Shown here piece after piece: positions 10,301-18,806 of a DNA stretch of 64,000 nucleotides; within the stretch, counting starts at the first letter, position 1; the number at the start of each line of letters is the position of its first letter. Source of the stretch: Helicobacter anseris (GTDB taxonomy: Bacteria; Campylobacterota; Campylobacteria; Campylobacterales; Helicobacteraceae). The translations under genes and the position numbers were made by a program. The notes beneath the pieces were generated by a model. The model was not told the origin of the DNA and made no database searches. It worked only from the letters and a program-made list of their open reading frames with translations. The stretch spans positions 1 to 64,000 of the forward strand of contig NZ_NXLX01000001.1 in NCBI RefSeq assembly GCF_003364335.1, in the 5' to 3' direction.

Positions 10301-10777
10301 TTTATTTAATACTTCGGCTTTTTGATTGAGATTGATTTTATCCATTCTCATGACTTCAAAATCTCTTAAATTTGCATTATATGCACCAGAACCACTAGCT
10401 CCTGACCACCAATCAGTAAGGTCGTTATAAGAATCAATAACCCTTGATCGCACGCCACCAAATTCTAAATAACTACCAGATACAATAAGTCTTCTACTTG
10501 CACCAATCATATGTGAAGCAGTTAGGACATAGGAACCTCCTATATTTGCAAATTCTCCCATCAATTGCCCACTGCGGTTGGATACTCCAAAATCTATCAT
10601 TTTTTCAAGATAAATAGTAGCATTAGAATCTTTTGAGGTGATTTGCACAGGAGTATTGGCTTGAAATTTGCCTTTATTGCTTGCAAAATCCAAAAAATCC
10701 TGATACCAAAAACTGTCTCCAACACTACCTGCGATTAAGATGCTTTTTATAAAACTAATTGATAATATTTTTTTCAA
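7328..10777 (-). CDS. Type Va autotransporter with N-terminal S6-family (IgA-protease/SPATE-like) serine peptidase domain
   Basis: 1149 aa. Signal peptide, then FWYQDFLDFASNKGKF (the YQxFRDFAENKGKF S6 N-terminal signature), ...VLTASHMIG... (His) and ...GGGDSGSALYVYD... (GDSGS catalytic Ser). Long Asn/Thr-rich beta-helix-like passenger. The C-terminus ends ...FNLILRQAF (terminal Phe of an outer-membrane beta-barrel). Confidence 0.82.
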   Translation of the reverse strand: MKKILSISFIKSILIAGSVGDSFWYQDFLDFASNKGKFQANTPVQITSKDSNATIYLEKMIDFGVSNRSGQLMGEFANIGGSYVLTASHMIGASRRLIVSGSYLEFGGVRSRVIDSYNDLTDWWSGASGSGAYNANLRDFEVMRMDKINLNQKAEVLNKDFFSEKSGARQGFAYNGNINEVLNNPRYSLFVRSGTGMQGLNTNGSNKKIADANKFFTGGLVVDLKEYSYSTTQDGEIKSSAKNNNGSYKDFAISAGGGDSGSALYVYDNLTKEYYIIAVASWVSDGCSTTNDTYACSTTNYALINNALITKYKDVHTQILEETSFTINNNQFVDSKNTKITDTLDTITNSTTRLSKLKESKDYIFQKSSNITLQQNADLGASGLYFANNTNSSIKGNFTFVHAGVVIGEGATLTYEAITKQKDALVKMGEGKLIVTSSSPNGKLRIGQGEVEIQSNGTSFGSIYAINGAKITLTKNNQVNANYIYFGNGGATLELNGASLAFNTINANDINANIQNLKDSTISTITLNANNLYPQQIYHGQFNGNINLVINSDYVFDGNLKIKNLTSSKNITFQSHPTTHNYVTQANGYANIGDSNVYDSPTRASDRESRTFIFEDIQISNTSLNQSSDTTLQAKTITATTATINIGNSKIYLDKYDGENITSVQCINYCDRYDDYYTEFKYQAQLSETTIKNTNIILESNISLKNNSTINLNNAIFLGNISDDNTSNANFTDSISRGNIKVKNFSANNSTFILDITNNNRNIIESTNSASGANNTISINPTESLNDTKIPLAKLTNASALKKDFFAFETYNKSLSQLKPNITFDVQNSTYAWYLQKDNQGSYFQTSSNPQATKEIDNALNQGYFNYVMEWNNLFKRMGELRDEESKIGAWARIYGGRSSYLTDFKTNFYEIQLGNDAHLAFNNFEIFIGGLISTAIYQLSDKTQSSGNITSIGTGIYGSILFHNGIYIDTIFKYLFYKNNFNLNIDNGSEIIKIDANNNQYAFLGSIELGYRSKFHKNFYLEPQIELISGFLGKQTFKDNTSDIALYANSYIPLHLKTALFSGYNFNHFSLRGGIGGAIDLINNGTKIIQDAYTSTTYQGIKDSRMFLNLSTSYNFSTNTKLALEFERTFFGKLNIEYSFNLILRQAF

Positions 10778-10865
10778 AACTAATTTTTAATCCTAAATAT
10801 TTATTGGTTTTTCTCATTCTAGCAAAAAAACTCAGTGACTAGATATTTTTGTTAGAATTTTATCC

Positions 10866-10950
10866 TCAAGTGACGGGAGCCTATGGATAGGCTGAGAGTA
10901 AGCTTATAGCTTAGACCGAACCGGATCTGGGTAATGCCAGCGTCGGGAAT
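10866..10950 (+). ncRNA. TPP (THI-box) riboswitch aptamer
   Basis: GACGGGAGCC...GGCTGAGA...(variable hairpin GTAAGCTTATAGCTTAG)...ACCGAACCGGATCTGGGTAATGCCAGCGTCGGGAA matches the THI-element core (CUGAGA ... ACCUGAUCUGGAUAAUGCCAGCGUAGGGAA) at about 26/30 positions. It sits in the 5' leader of the TonB-dependent receptor gene. The track's upstream extension of that ORF (10934-11011) is therefore not coding. Confidence 0.78.
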
Positions 10951-11011
10951 GCTAAACTACACTATTACTACCCATCATTTGTCAATTTATTTTTTAAATA
11001 AGGGACAAATT

Positions 11012-13105
11012 ATGAAAAAGCTTTTTTTATTTTCTTGTTTTAGTTTTTTGGGTGCAAAAACACTATCATTAGAATCTATTGTAAATACCCAAGAGGATAT
11101 CAATCCAAGTGTGCAAAATCAAAAGATTCAAAATGTTATGAGTGAGGAAGTAACTCAAAAATATAATATTAACTCAACTACGCAGCTTAATAATTATTTT
11201 TCAAATCTTAGGATTTATGCACAAGGTTCTGATACTTTTCCTATGGTTTCTTTTAGGGGAGTTTCTAGTCCTGATTATTATTCTTCAGTAATCGGGGTTT
11301 ATGTCGATGAAATCCCTCAAAACCCAAACTTTTTGATACAAAATCTCTCGGATATAAAGTCTATTTCTCTTATTGGCGGTGCTGAAGGGCTTTTTTATGG
11401 AGAAAATGCTCCATTGGGATTATTGGATATAAAAACAAAAAATCCTTTGAGTGGGAATTATGTTGATTTTTTTACAACTTTTTCACGCTTAAGAGAAGAT
11501 ATAAATGCTCAAATTGGCTATGAATTACTTCAAAATAAACTTTGGGCTAAAGCAAATTTTAGATACATCAAAGATAATGGTTTTATTAAAGATTTGCAAA
11601 GTCAAAAGATGCTAAATAGTGCTAATTCTTTTAATGTTGGCACTACTTTTTATTATCAACCCATTGAGAGTATTTTGCTCAGTGCTTCTTATAGTTTTTA
11701 TCACACTTTTAGTAGAAAAGATTTTTTTCTTACTAAAAATCAAATGCAAAATCTTACTTTAAAGAGTGATGAGAATATTACTTGGGAAGAATTTATACAA
11801 GGAGAGCAAGATAAGATTCTCAATAAAACTCCTTTTTTAAATCTTTTTTCGCATAATGCAAATATTAAACTTCAATATTTTGGAGATAGTTTTAATCTAA
11901 AATATATTAGTGCTTTTGCAAAAAATGACACATTGGCAAATAGCTATCCTGGGATTTATGTCAAAGATGAAAAAAATGATGGATATTACTATAACACTAC
12001 ACAGGTAATTCAAGAATTGCGTTTGCATACAAATCATACAAAAAATATTCAAAGCCTTTTTGGAATCTACTATAAATTTTTAGCATTGGATAATGGTATG
12101 CACAATGTCCCTACAGATTCTGTCTTGGGGTATAGTGGTAATTGGAATGCAAAAGAAGATTTAAATACCTTTGCTTTGTATGCAAATACTTCTTTTGCTT
12201 GGAATGATTTTACTTTGCATACTGGAGTTAGATATCAGTTTTTTCACACAAGGATACAATCTTTAAGACCACCTGTTGCAGATATACTACCATATAGCAA
12301 TGATGCAATTTTTCAAGCATTAAATCCTAGAATCTCTTTGTATTATCAGCCTAGTGAAATTACAAAGTTTTTTATCGAAATGTCAAATTCCACAAAACCT
12401 GGAGGTTTTTCAAAATTTCCATTTGCAGATACTGATACCATTGCATATGGTAATGAGCAAATTTATAGCCTAGAGCTAGGGAATAAGACAAGTCTTTTGC
12501 AATCTAGATTTAATCTAAAAACAATTTTTTATACAACTTTACGCACAAATACACAAAGCTATGTGGGGGTAGGGTATTATAAAAGTATTAAAAATATTGG
12601 TAGTGCTTATGCTATTGGGGTGGATTTTAAGGCAGACTATAGTAAAAAGTTTTTTTCTGGGTTTATTAGCGCAAATCTTGGAATCTCAAAGTTTGTAAAT
12701 GGTGGGGCCAATAAAGGAAGTATTACTATTTTGGGGAATGAGGGGTTGTATGATTTATCAGGGCTTACTCCAAAATTTGCCCCTATATTTAGCTTTAATA
12801 TTGGTAATGATTTTGTTTTATTTAAAAACAATGCTCATGAAATTAGTTTTTCTACATTGTTGAATTTTAGCTCTTCATATTATCTGGATGATTTTAATAG
12901 GGACGATGATATGCTTCAAAAAGCCTATGTATTATTGGATTTTGGAGTAAATTATCATTTTGCCAAGCATTATAATTTTGCAATTTTTGCACAAAATATT
13001 TTAGATACTCGCTATGTTACTACTGTGATTTGGGATTCTTTGGGAAAGGCTTTTGTAGTAGGGGATCCTATCAATTTTGGTTTGAAATTTAGCTGTAATT
13101 TTTAA
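11012..13105 (+). CDS. TonB-dependent outer-membrane receptor
   Basis: Start MKKLFLFSCFSFLGAKTLSLES (signal peptide) with an AGGGAC RBS. Plug region ...MVSFRGVSSPDYYSSVIGVYVDEIPQ.... About 700 aa, ending ...GLKFSCNF (C-terminal aromatic residue of a beta-barrel). Confidence 0.85.
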   Translation: MKKLFLFSCFSFLGAKTLSLESIVNTQEDINPSVQNQKIQNVMSEEVTQKYNINSTTQLNNYFSNLRIYAQGSDTFPMVSFRGVSSPDYYSSVIGVYVDEIPQNPNFLIQNLSDIKSISLIGGAEGLFYGENAPLGLLDIKTKNPLSGNYVDFFTTFSRLREDINAQIGYELLQNKLWAKANFRYIKDNGFIKDLQSQKMLNSANSFNVGTTFYYQPIESILLSASYSFYHTFSRKDFFLTKNQMQNLTLKSDENITWEEFIQGEQDKILNKTPFLNLFSHNANIKLQYFGDSFNLKYISAFAKNDTLANSYPGIYVKDEKNDGYYYNTTQVIQELRLHTNHTKNIQSLFGIYYKFLALDNGMHNVPTDSVLGYSGNWNAKEDLNTFALYANTSFAWNDFTLHTGVRYQFFHTRIQSLRPPVADILPYSNDAIFQALNPRISLYYQPSEITKFFIEMSNSTKPGGFSKFPFADTDTIAYGNEQIYSLELGNKTSLLQSRFNLKTIFYTTLRTNTQSYVGVGYYKSIKNIGSAYAIGVDFKADYSKKFFSGFISANLGISKFVNGGANKGSITILGNEGLYDLSGLTPKFAPIFSFNIGNDFVLFKNNAHEISFSTLLNFSSSYYLDDFNRDDDMLQKAYVLLDFGVNYHFAKHYNFAIFAQNILDTRYVTTVIWDSLGKAFVVGDPINFGLKFSCNF

Positions 13106-13237
13106 GGCATTATTATAATTTATGATAATTATTATCATTTTTATAATAAATTAAGCTTTAAATGATTATAATGCTCTCACTACAAAAATATTTTGTAGTA
13201 ATTAAGTTAGTTTTTACATTGTCTTCCTTATGTTATT

Positions 13238-13258
13238 TCCCTCACTAAAAGTGAGGGG
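13238..13258 (+). terminator. Hairpin CCCTCAC-taaaa-GTGAGGG downstream of the TonB-receptor gene (candidate terminator)
   Basis: Perfect 7-bp GC-rich stem in an AT-rich intergenic region with a partial T-run after it. Confidence 0.35.
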
Positions 13259-13347
13259 ATTTATCCTACACTTTGGCTTATAAACAGATATAAATTTTAA
13301 TCTCTAAGATATAATTAGATCAAAAACTTAAACAATTAGAGAAAAAA

Positions 13348-13836
13348 TTGAGTGTAAAAATACAAGAAATAACAAACAAAGATTTATTAGAAGTTGAACA
13401 ACTTTACTGCAAAAGTATTGCGCAAAATCCAGATGGATTTATTCAAAGGCTAGATTTATTGCCAAATATTAAAGATTTTATTTTAACTACAAAGAAGCAG
13501 GGAGGTAACTTTTTTTCTCTGAGATTGGAAGAAGAGATTATTGGTATGTGTGGTTTGATAAAAAAGGATGATTTAGTGGTAGAGCTTTGTAAATTTCATA
13601 TCAAAGATATTTATCAAGGGAGGGGCTTTGGGGGAAAGATGCTTGATTTTGTGCAAGAGTATGCCAAAATAAAAGGGTATAAAAAACTTATCTTGCATGT
13701 AAGCAAAAGTCAAGAGAGAGCAATTACACTTTACAAAAAGTATCTTTTTAAAATAACTTCTGAAGAGATTTGTGAAGTGATACTTCAAGAAACAATATAT
13801 ACTTATCCTACATTATTTATGGAAAAAATACTTTAA
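13348..13836 (+). CDS. GNAT family N-acetyltransferase
   Basis: 162 aa. ...QGRGFGGKMLDFVQEYAKIKGYKKLILHV... is the acetyl-CoA binding motif A region (Q/RxxGxG/A). TTG start per track. Confidence 0.7.
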   Translation: MSVKIQEITNKDLLEVEQLYCKSIAQNPDGFIQRLDLLPNIKDFILTTKKQGGNFFSLRLEEEIIGMCGLIKKDDLVVELCKFHIKDIYQGRGFGGKMLDFVQEYAKIKGYKKLILHVSKSQERAITLYKKYLFKITSEEICEVILQETIYTYPTLFMEKIL

Positions 13837-13855
13837 GTTTTTTTGGGTGATATCA

Positions 13856-14320
13856 ATGTTAAATATTGTTTTAGTAGAACCACAAATACCTCAAAATACA
13901 GGAAATATAGGAAGATTATGTGTAGCTGGAAATGCGAGATTGCATTTGATACATCCTTTGGGTTTTAGTATTGATGAAAAATCTCTGAAGCGTGCTGGTA
14001 TGGATTATTGGGAAAAATTAGATGTTAGAGAATATGAGAATCTAGAAATTTTTTGGCAAAAAAATCCTTTTGATGATAAGCATTTTTTTCTTAGCACCAA
14101 AGCACAAAAGATTTATTATGAAGCTAATTTTTGTGATGAGTGTTTTTTGTATTTTGGAAGAGAGGATGCAGGTATAAAAGAAAATATATTGCAACAATAT
14201 GCAAATCAGGTATATAAAATCCCTATGTTCAAAGATACAAGAAGCATTAATCTAGCTACATCTGTTGGAGCAGTGCTTTATGAGGCTATAAGACAGACAG
14301 GTGTATATAAGAGTTTTTAG
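13856..14320 (+). CDS. trmL: tRNA (cytidine/uridine-2'-O)-methyltransferase, SpoU/TrmL family
   Basis: MLNIVLVEPQIPQNTGNIGRLCVAGNARLHLIHPLGF matches the TrmL (YibK) N-terminus. About 155 aa. A GTG at 13847 is an alternative start. Confidence 0.85.
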   Translation: MLNIVLVEPQIPQNTGNIGRLCVAGNARLHLIHPLGFSIDEKSLKRAGMDYWEKLDVREYENLEIFWQKNPFDDKHFFLSTKAQKIYYEANFCDECFLYFGREDAGIKENILQQYANQVYKIPMFKDTRSINLATSVGAVLYEAIRQTGVYKSF

Positions 14321-14529
14321 GGTTTTATAAATTTTTTGAGTGCTTCAAGATTATTTTTAGATTCTTTTTTATCCTTTGTGTCATTTTTGCAACTATTATT
14401 AGTTTCAAATTCTTTTAATATTTGATTATGTGTTGGTTGTGCTGATTTTTCTTCACATTCCTTTGTTTTTTCTTGTGAGAAACAAAGACTTATGAGAAAA
14501 AATAAGAGGTATTTCATTGTGATATCCAA
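14317..14529 (-). CDS. Small secreted Lys/Glu-rich Cys-containing peptide (hypothetical)
   Basis: 70 aa with signal peptide MKYLLFFLISLCFS. Overlaps the ccdA stop by 16 nt, which suggests translational coupling. No recognisable domain. Confidence 0.3.
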   Translation of the reverse strand: MDITMKYLLFFLISLCFSQEKTKECEEKSAQPTHNQILKEFETNNSCKNDTKDKKESKNNLEALKKFIKP

Positions 14530-15227
14530 TTTGAGATTTGATCCATCATCCCAAAAAAAACAACAAGACCTAATGCTATAAGCAATATGCCTGAGAATAT
14601 TTCAATTATTTTAAAATACTTTTTTATTCCATTGAAAAAAATAAAAGATTTTTGAATAAATAAAGCTACGAATAAAAAAGGAACAGAAAGTCCTATGGAA
14701 TACATCACAATGAGTAGTATGCCAAAGGTTTCATTTGTGCTACTAAATAAAATAATGCTTGAGAAGATTGGTCCAAGACAAGGGGTCCATCCTAGTGCAA
14801 AACTTATGCCTAAAATAAAAGGAGAGAATAGGGTATGAAAGATATTTTTTTGTTGTATTTCGATATGCTTGCTTTTGTATAAAAAAGAAAGTCGTAAGAT
14901 ACCTATAAAATGCAAGCCAAAAATAATGATAATGATACCAGCAAATTGCTTAATCCAATGGGGGGCAAATGTATTGATAATTTTTGCAGAAGAGGCACCA
15001 AAAAGAATAAAGATAATAGAAAAACCAAAAGAAAATATCAATGCCTGTATCAATAATGAAAAACTTCTTTTTTTCTTTTTAATATTTTGAAGATTTTCAC
15101 CACACATATAAGAAATATATGCTGGAACCAACGGCAATATACATGGACTTAGGAAAGTCAAGATTCCTGCTAAAAATGAAACCATTAATGGAGCATTTTG
15201 AAAAATATTTTCTAAGAGTTGATCCAT
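14514..15227 (-). CDS. ccdA: Cytochrome c biogenesis thiol-disulfide transporter CcdA/DsbD-family membrane protein
   Basis: Six-helix membrane protein with paired Cys motifs (...LSPCILPLVPAYISYM... and ...GWTPCLGPIFSSI...). Confidence 0.85.
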   Translation of the reverse strand: MDQLLENIFQNAPLMVSFLAGILTFLSPCILPLVPAYISYMCGENLQNIKKKKRSFSLLIQALIFSFGFSIIFILFGASSAKIINTFAPHWIKQFAGIIIIIFGLHFIGILRLSFLYKSKHIEIQQKNIFHTLFSPFILGISFALGWTPCLGPIFSSIILFSSTNETFGILLIVMYSIGLSVPFLFVALFIQKSFIFFNGIKKYFKIIEIFSGILLIALGLVVFFGMMDQISNWISQ

Positions 15228-15333
15228 TTGTAACCTTGATTTTCTAGAGTAAAAGTTAATATGCTTAATTAAAACATAAAAAAATAAATTTTAGTTATAA
15301 TTGCAAGTTTTAGGTAATACAATAGGTGAATAA

Positions 15334-16779
15334 ATGATAAATAAAGATGATAAGAAATCCTCCATGTTTGAAAATTTAGGTTTATCAAAAGGGGTATTAA
15401 AGGGGATAAGAGAGGCAGGATTTTCTCAACCAAGTCCTATTCAAGAACAGGCAATTCCAGTAATTCTAGAAAAAAAAGACATAATTGCACAAGCTCAAAC
15501 AGGCACGGGAAAGACAGCAGCTTTTGCGTTGCCTATTATAGAAATGTTAAAAAACAATCAAGGTATTGAGGCATTGGTGATTACGCCTACAAGAGAGCTT
15601 GCGATGCAAATTAGTGATGAGGTTTATAAGCTAGGCAAGTTTGTAAAAACTCGCACAGTTTGTGTGTATGGAGGGCAAAGTATCAAAAAGCAATGTGAGC
15701 TTATTGAAAAAAATCCTCAAGTGATGATTGCAACTCCAGGAAGATTGCTAGATCATCTAAAAAATCAAAGAATCAAAAATTTTAATCCGCGTTTTGTAGT
15801 TTTAGATGAAAGTGATGAAATGCTTGATATGGGGTTTTTAGACACGATTGAAGAAATTTTCAATTATTTGCCACAACAAGTGCAGATTCTATTATTTTCA
15901 GCGACAATGCCTACTGCTATCAAAAGATTGGCTGATAGAATCTTACAAGATCCTGTGCACATTAAAATCACTCCAACTAATGTAACAAATGTTGATATAG
16001 CACAACGATATTATATGATAAATGAAAATGAGAGAAGCGAAGCTGTTATTAGGTTGCTCGATACTGAGAATATTCACAAATGCATTATTTTTACACGGAC
16101 AAAAAAGGAAGCAGATGACTTGCATGTATTGTTATGTTCTAGGGGGTATAAATCAAAAGCATTGCATGGGGATATGGATCAAAGAGATAGAAGGAGTGCA
16201 ATTCTAGCTTTCAAGGAAAAAAAATATAATATTTTAGTAGCTACAGATGTTGCAAGTAGAGGGCTTGATATTAGTGATGTTAGCCATGTTTTTAATTATC
16301 ATATCCCATTGAATTCTGAAATTTATGTGCATCGTATAGGAAGGACTGGGAGAGCTGGAAAAAAAGGCGTTGCAATCACTCTTGTAACACCTCTTGAATA
16401 TAAAGATTTAAAAAAGATACAAAATGATGTTGGAAGCGATTTGGAGCTTTATGAAATTCCACAAGATAAATTTTTATCTAAAAGCACTATTCAAGAAATC
16501 TTAAAGACAAAAATTGATGATAAGGCTTTTGAGATTTATGAAGAGTTAAAAAATCATGCAGATGCATCTCAAATTACCCTTAAGCTTATTTCAATTTATT
16601 TAAAACAAAAGCATATCGGACTTAAAAAGCAAGATTTAGATGCTTTAGAAAAAAATATTAAAGTTCAAGAACAAAAAAAATCTCCATTAACACATCAAAA
16701 ATCAAGAAGAAGACATAGCCAAGATAGAAAATCTGAAAATAGAAGAAATAAGAGAAAATCTAATAAGGAGTATAGATGA
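15334..16779 (+). CDS. DEAD-box ATP-dependent RNA helicase
   Basis: Q-motif, AQTGTGKT (motif I), PTRELA, DESD (motif II variant), SAT, HRIGRTGRAG (motif VI). Basic RK-rich C-terminal tail. Confidence 0.93.
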   Translation: MINKDDKKSSMFENLGLSKGVLKGIREAGFSQPSPIQEQAIPVILEKKDIIAQAQTGTGKTAAFALPIIEMLKNNQGIEALVITPTRELAMQISDEVYKLGKFVKTRTVCVYGGQSIKKQCELIEKNPQVMIATPGRLLDHLKNQRIKNFNPRFVVLDESDEMLDMGFLDTIEEIFNYLPQQVQILLFSATMPTAIKRLADRILQDPVHIKITPTNVTNVDIAQRYYMINENERSEAVIRLLDTENIHKCIIFTRTKKEADDLHVLLCSRGYKSKALHGDMDQRDRRSAILAFKEKKYNILVATDVASRGLDISDVSHVFNYHIPLNSEIYVHRIGRTGRAGKKGVAITLVTPLEYKDLKKIQNDVGSDLELYEIPQDKFLSKSTIQEILKTKIDDKAFEIYEELKNHADASQITLKLISIYLKQKHIGLKKQDLDALEKNIKVQEQKKSPLTHQKSRRRHSQDRKSENRRNKRKSNKEYR

Positions 16780-17699
16780 AAGAAGCAAAATTTATTTGGA
16801 AAGATGGAAAACTAATACCTTGGGCTGAGGCTACAACACATGTTTTATCACATACATTGCATTATGGAAATGCTGCTTTTGAAGGCACTCGCGCATACAT
16901 GACGCAAAAAGGTCTTGCTATTTTTAGATTAAAAGATCATACAAAACGCTTATTGGATTCTTGTAAAATCACAGCAATCAAATGCCCTTATTCTCAAGAA
17001 GAATTAGAAAAAGCACAAATTGAATTATTAAAGGCTAATCAAGATATTTTTAAAGGAAATGTATATATTAGACCTTTAGTGTATTTAGGTTATGGAGTAA
17101 TGGGAATTGATCATAGAAAAGCACCTGTTAATGTTGCTATTGCAGCTTGGGAGTGGGGAGCTTATTTAGGAGAAGAGGGGTTACTTGAGGGGATAAAAGT
17201 CAAGACAAGTTCTTTTGTAAGAAGTAGTGTTAAATCCACTATGGGTAAGGCAAAAATCTCTGCTAATTATCTTAATTCTCAAATGGCAAAATATGAGGCA
17301 TTGGAATGCGGATTTGAAGAGGCTTTGTTATTAGATGACAATGGTTTTGTGGCTGAGGGTAGTGGAGAGTGTTTTTTTATAGTAAGAAATGGCAAGCTTA
17401 TTACTCCTCCTAGTGATAATGCTTTAGAATCTATTACACAAGCAACGGTTATAGAGCTTGCAAATGACTTGGGCTTAGAAGTTGAGAGAAGACGTATTAC
17501 ACGCGATGAAGTTTATATTTGTGATGAAGCATTTTTTACAGGCACAGCAGCAGAAATTACTCCTATTAAATCTCTTGATTTTAGGCAAATAGGAGATGGA
17601 AAAAGGGGAGAAGTTACAAAGAGATTACAGGAGAATTTCTTTGAGATTGTCTTAGGGAAAAATTCAAAATATTCTCATTATCTAACATATATTTCATAA
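16776..17699 (+). CDS. ilvE: Branched-chain amino acid aminotransferase (class IV)
   Basis: 307 aa. ...HYGNAAFEGTRAY... and the class IV fold length. ATGA overlap with the helicase stop. Confidence 0.9.
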   Translation: MKEAKFIWKDGKLIPWAEATTHVLSHTLHYGNAAFEGTRAYMTQKGLAIFRLKDHTKRLLDSCKITAIKCPYSQEELEKAQIELLKANQDIFKGNVYIRPLVYLGYGVMGIDHRKAPVNVAIAAWEWGAYLGEEGLLEGIKVKTSSFVRSSVKSTMGKAKISANYLNSQMAKYEALECGFEEALLLDDNGFVAEGSGECFFIVRNGKLITPPSDNALESITQATVIELANDLGLEVERRRITRDEVYICDEAFFTGTAAEITPIKSLDFRQIGDGKRGEVTKRLQENFFEIVLGKNSKYSHYLTYIS

Positions 17700-17714
17700 G
17701 AATAAGGAGTAAAA

Positions 17715-18806
17715 ATGCCAATTGATTTAAATGAACATCTAAAGAAAAAAACACAAAATCAACAAAACGATAGAAATGATTTTAAAAAAGATATTCGAGA
17801 TGAATTGCCGCCAAGAAAAAATTCTAATAATTTTGGAAATTTTTCTTCAAAGAATATCGCACTTCTTATTTTTTCTATAGTGGTTGTTTTGGGGTTATTT
17901 GTCTTAAAGCCATTTGTGGTTATCAATTCTGGTGAGGTTGGTATTAAGGTTACAGCAGGTGAATATGATAAGATTCCTTTGCAACCAGGAATTAGATTTT
18001 TTATTCCAATTATCCAAAAGATTATTGTTGTAGATACTAAGGTGCGTGCAATCAATTTTTCCGGGACAGAAGATATGGGTGTTTTGGGAAAAAATCAAGG
18101 AATTTTTAGAAATGATGCTATTAGTGTGATGGATTCTAGGGGATTGACAGTATCTATTGAGCTAACAGTGCAATATCGTCTTAATCCTCAGACTGCTTCT
18201 TTAACTTTAGCTACTTATGGTCCTAGTTGGGAGCAAATTATTATCAACCCAATTGTAAGAGATGTAGTGCGAAATGTTATAGGACGCTATCCAGCAGAAG
18301 ATCTACCAACAAAGCGTAATGAAATTGCAAAATTGATTGATGAGGGGATACGAAGTGATATTGCAAAAAGAGATAATCAGCCAGTAGAGCTTAGTTCTGT
18401 GCAGCTTAGAGAGATTGTATTACCTATGAAAATTAAAGAGCAAATTGAAAAAGTTCAGATAGCAAGACAGGAAGCTGAGAGGGTTAGATATGAAGTAGAT
18501 CGCTCAAAGCAAGAGGCAGAAAAGGTTGCTGCTCTTGCAAAAGGTGAGGCAGATGCAAATCGTATCAAGGCTCAAGGTAGCGCTGATGCTATTATTATTG
18601 AAGCAAAAGCAAAGGCAAGTGCCAATAAGTCGATTGCTGAGAGTTTGAATGATAAATTATTAAGATTAAGAGAGATTGAGGTTCAGGGCAAATTTAATGA
18701 AGCATTAAAAGAAAATAAAGATGCACAGATTTTCCTAATGCCAGGCGGTGCTGTTCCAAATTTATGGGTAGATTCTAAGAAAAAAGCCTCTAGTATGAAA
18801 CAATGA
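17715..18806 (+). CDS. SPFH/band-7 (stomatin/prohibitin/HflK-like) membrane protein
   Basis: N-terminal TM helix then band-7 domain (...EVGIKVTAGEYDKIPLQPGIRFFIPIIQKIIVVDTKV...) and a C-terminal coiled-coil. Confidence 0.82.
   Translation: MPIDLNEHLKKKTQNQQNDRNDFKKDIRDELPPRKNSNNFGNFSSKNIALLIFSIVVVLGLFVLKPFVVINSGEVGIKVTAGEYDKIPLQPGIRFFIPIIQKIIVVDTKVRAINFSGTEDMGVLGKNQGIFRNDAISVMDSRGLTVSIELTVQYRLNPQTASLTLATYGPSWEQIIINPIVRDVVRNVIGRYPAEDLPTKRNEIAKLIDEGIRSDIAKRDNQPVELSSVQLREIVLPMKIKEQIEKVQIARQEAERVRYEVDRSKQEAEKVAALAKGEADANRIKAQGSADAIIIEAKAKASANKSIAESLNDKLLRLREIEVQGKFNEALKENKDAQIFLMPGGAVPNLWVDSKKKASSMKQ

Noticed and set aside
10934-11011. N-terminal extension of the TonB-receptor ORF (MPASGMLNYTITTHHLSIYFLNKGQI)
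   Set aside because: It overlaps the TPP riboswitch aptamer and lacks a signal peptide. The downstream ATG at 11012 has an RBS and a typical signal peptide.
13847-13855. GTG start for trmL, and the track's upstream extensions for fabD (to 4468), serS (from 46223), ccp (to 31547), arsR (to 40868), rsmE (to 20734), MATE (from 29089) and MBOAT (to 7270)
   Set aside because: In each case an internal ATG gives the canonical family N-terminus and/or has a better RBS or a coupling overlap. The longer versions add non-conserved residues or overlap neighbouring genes.
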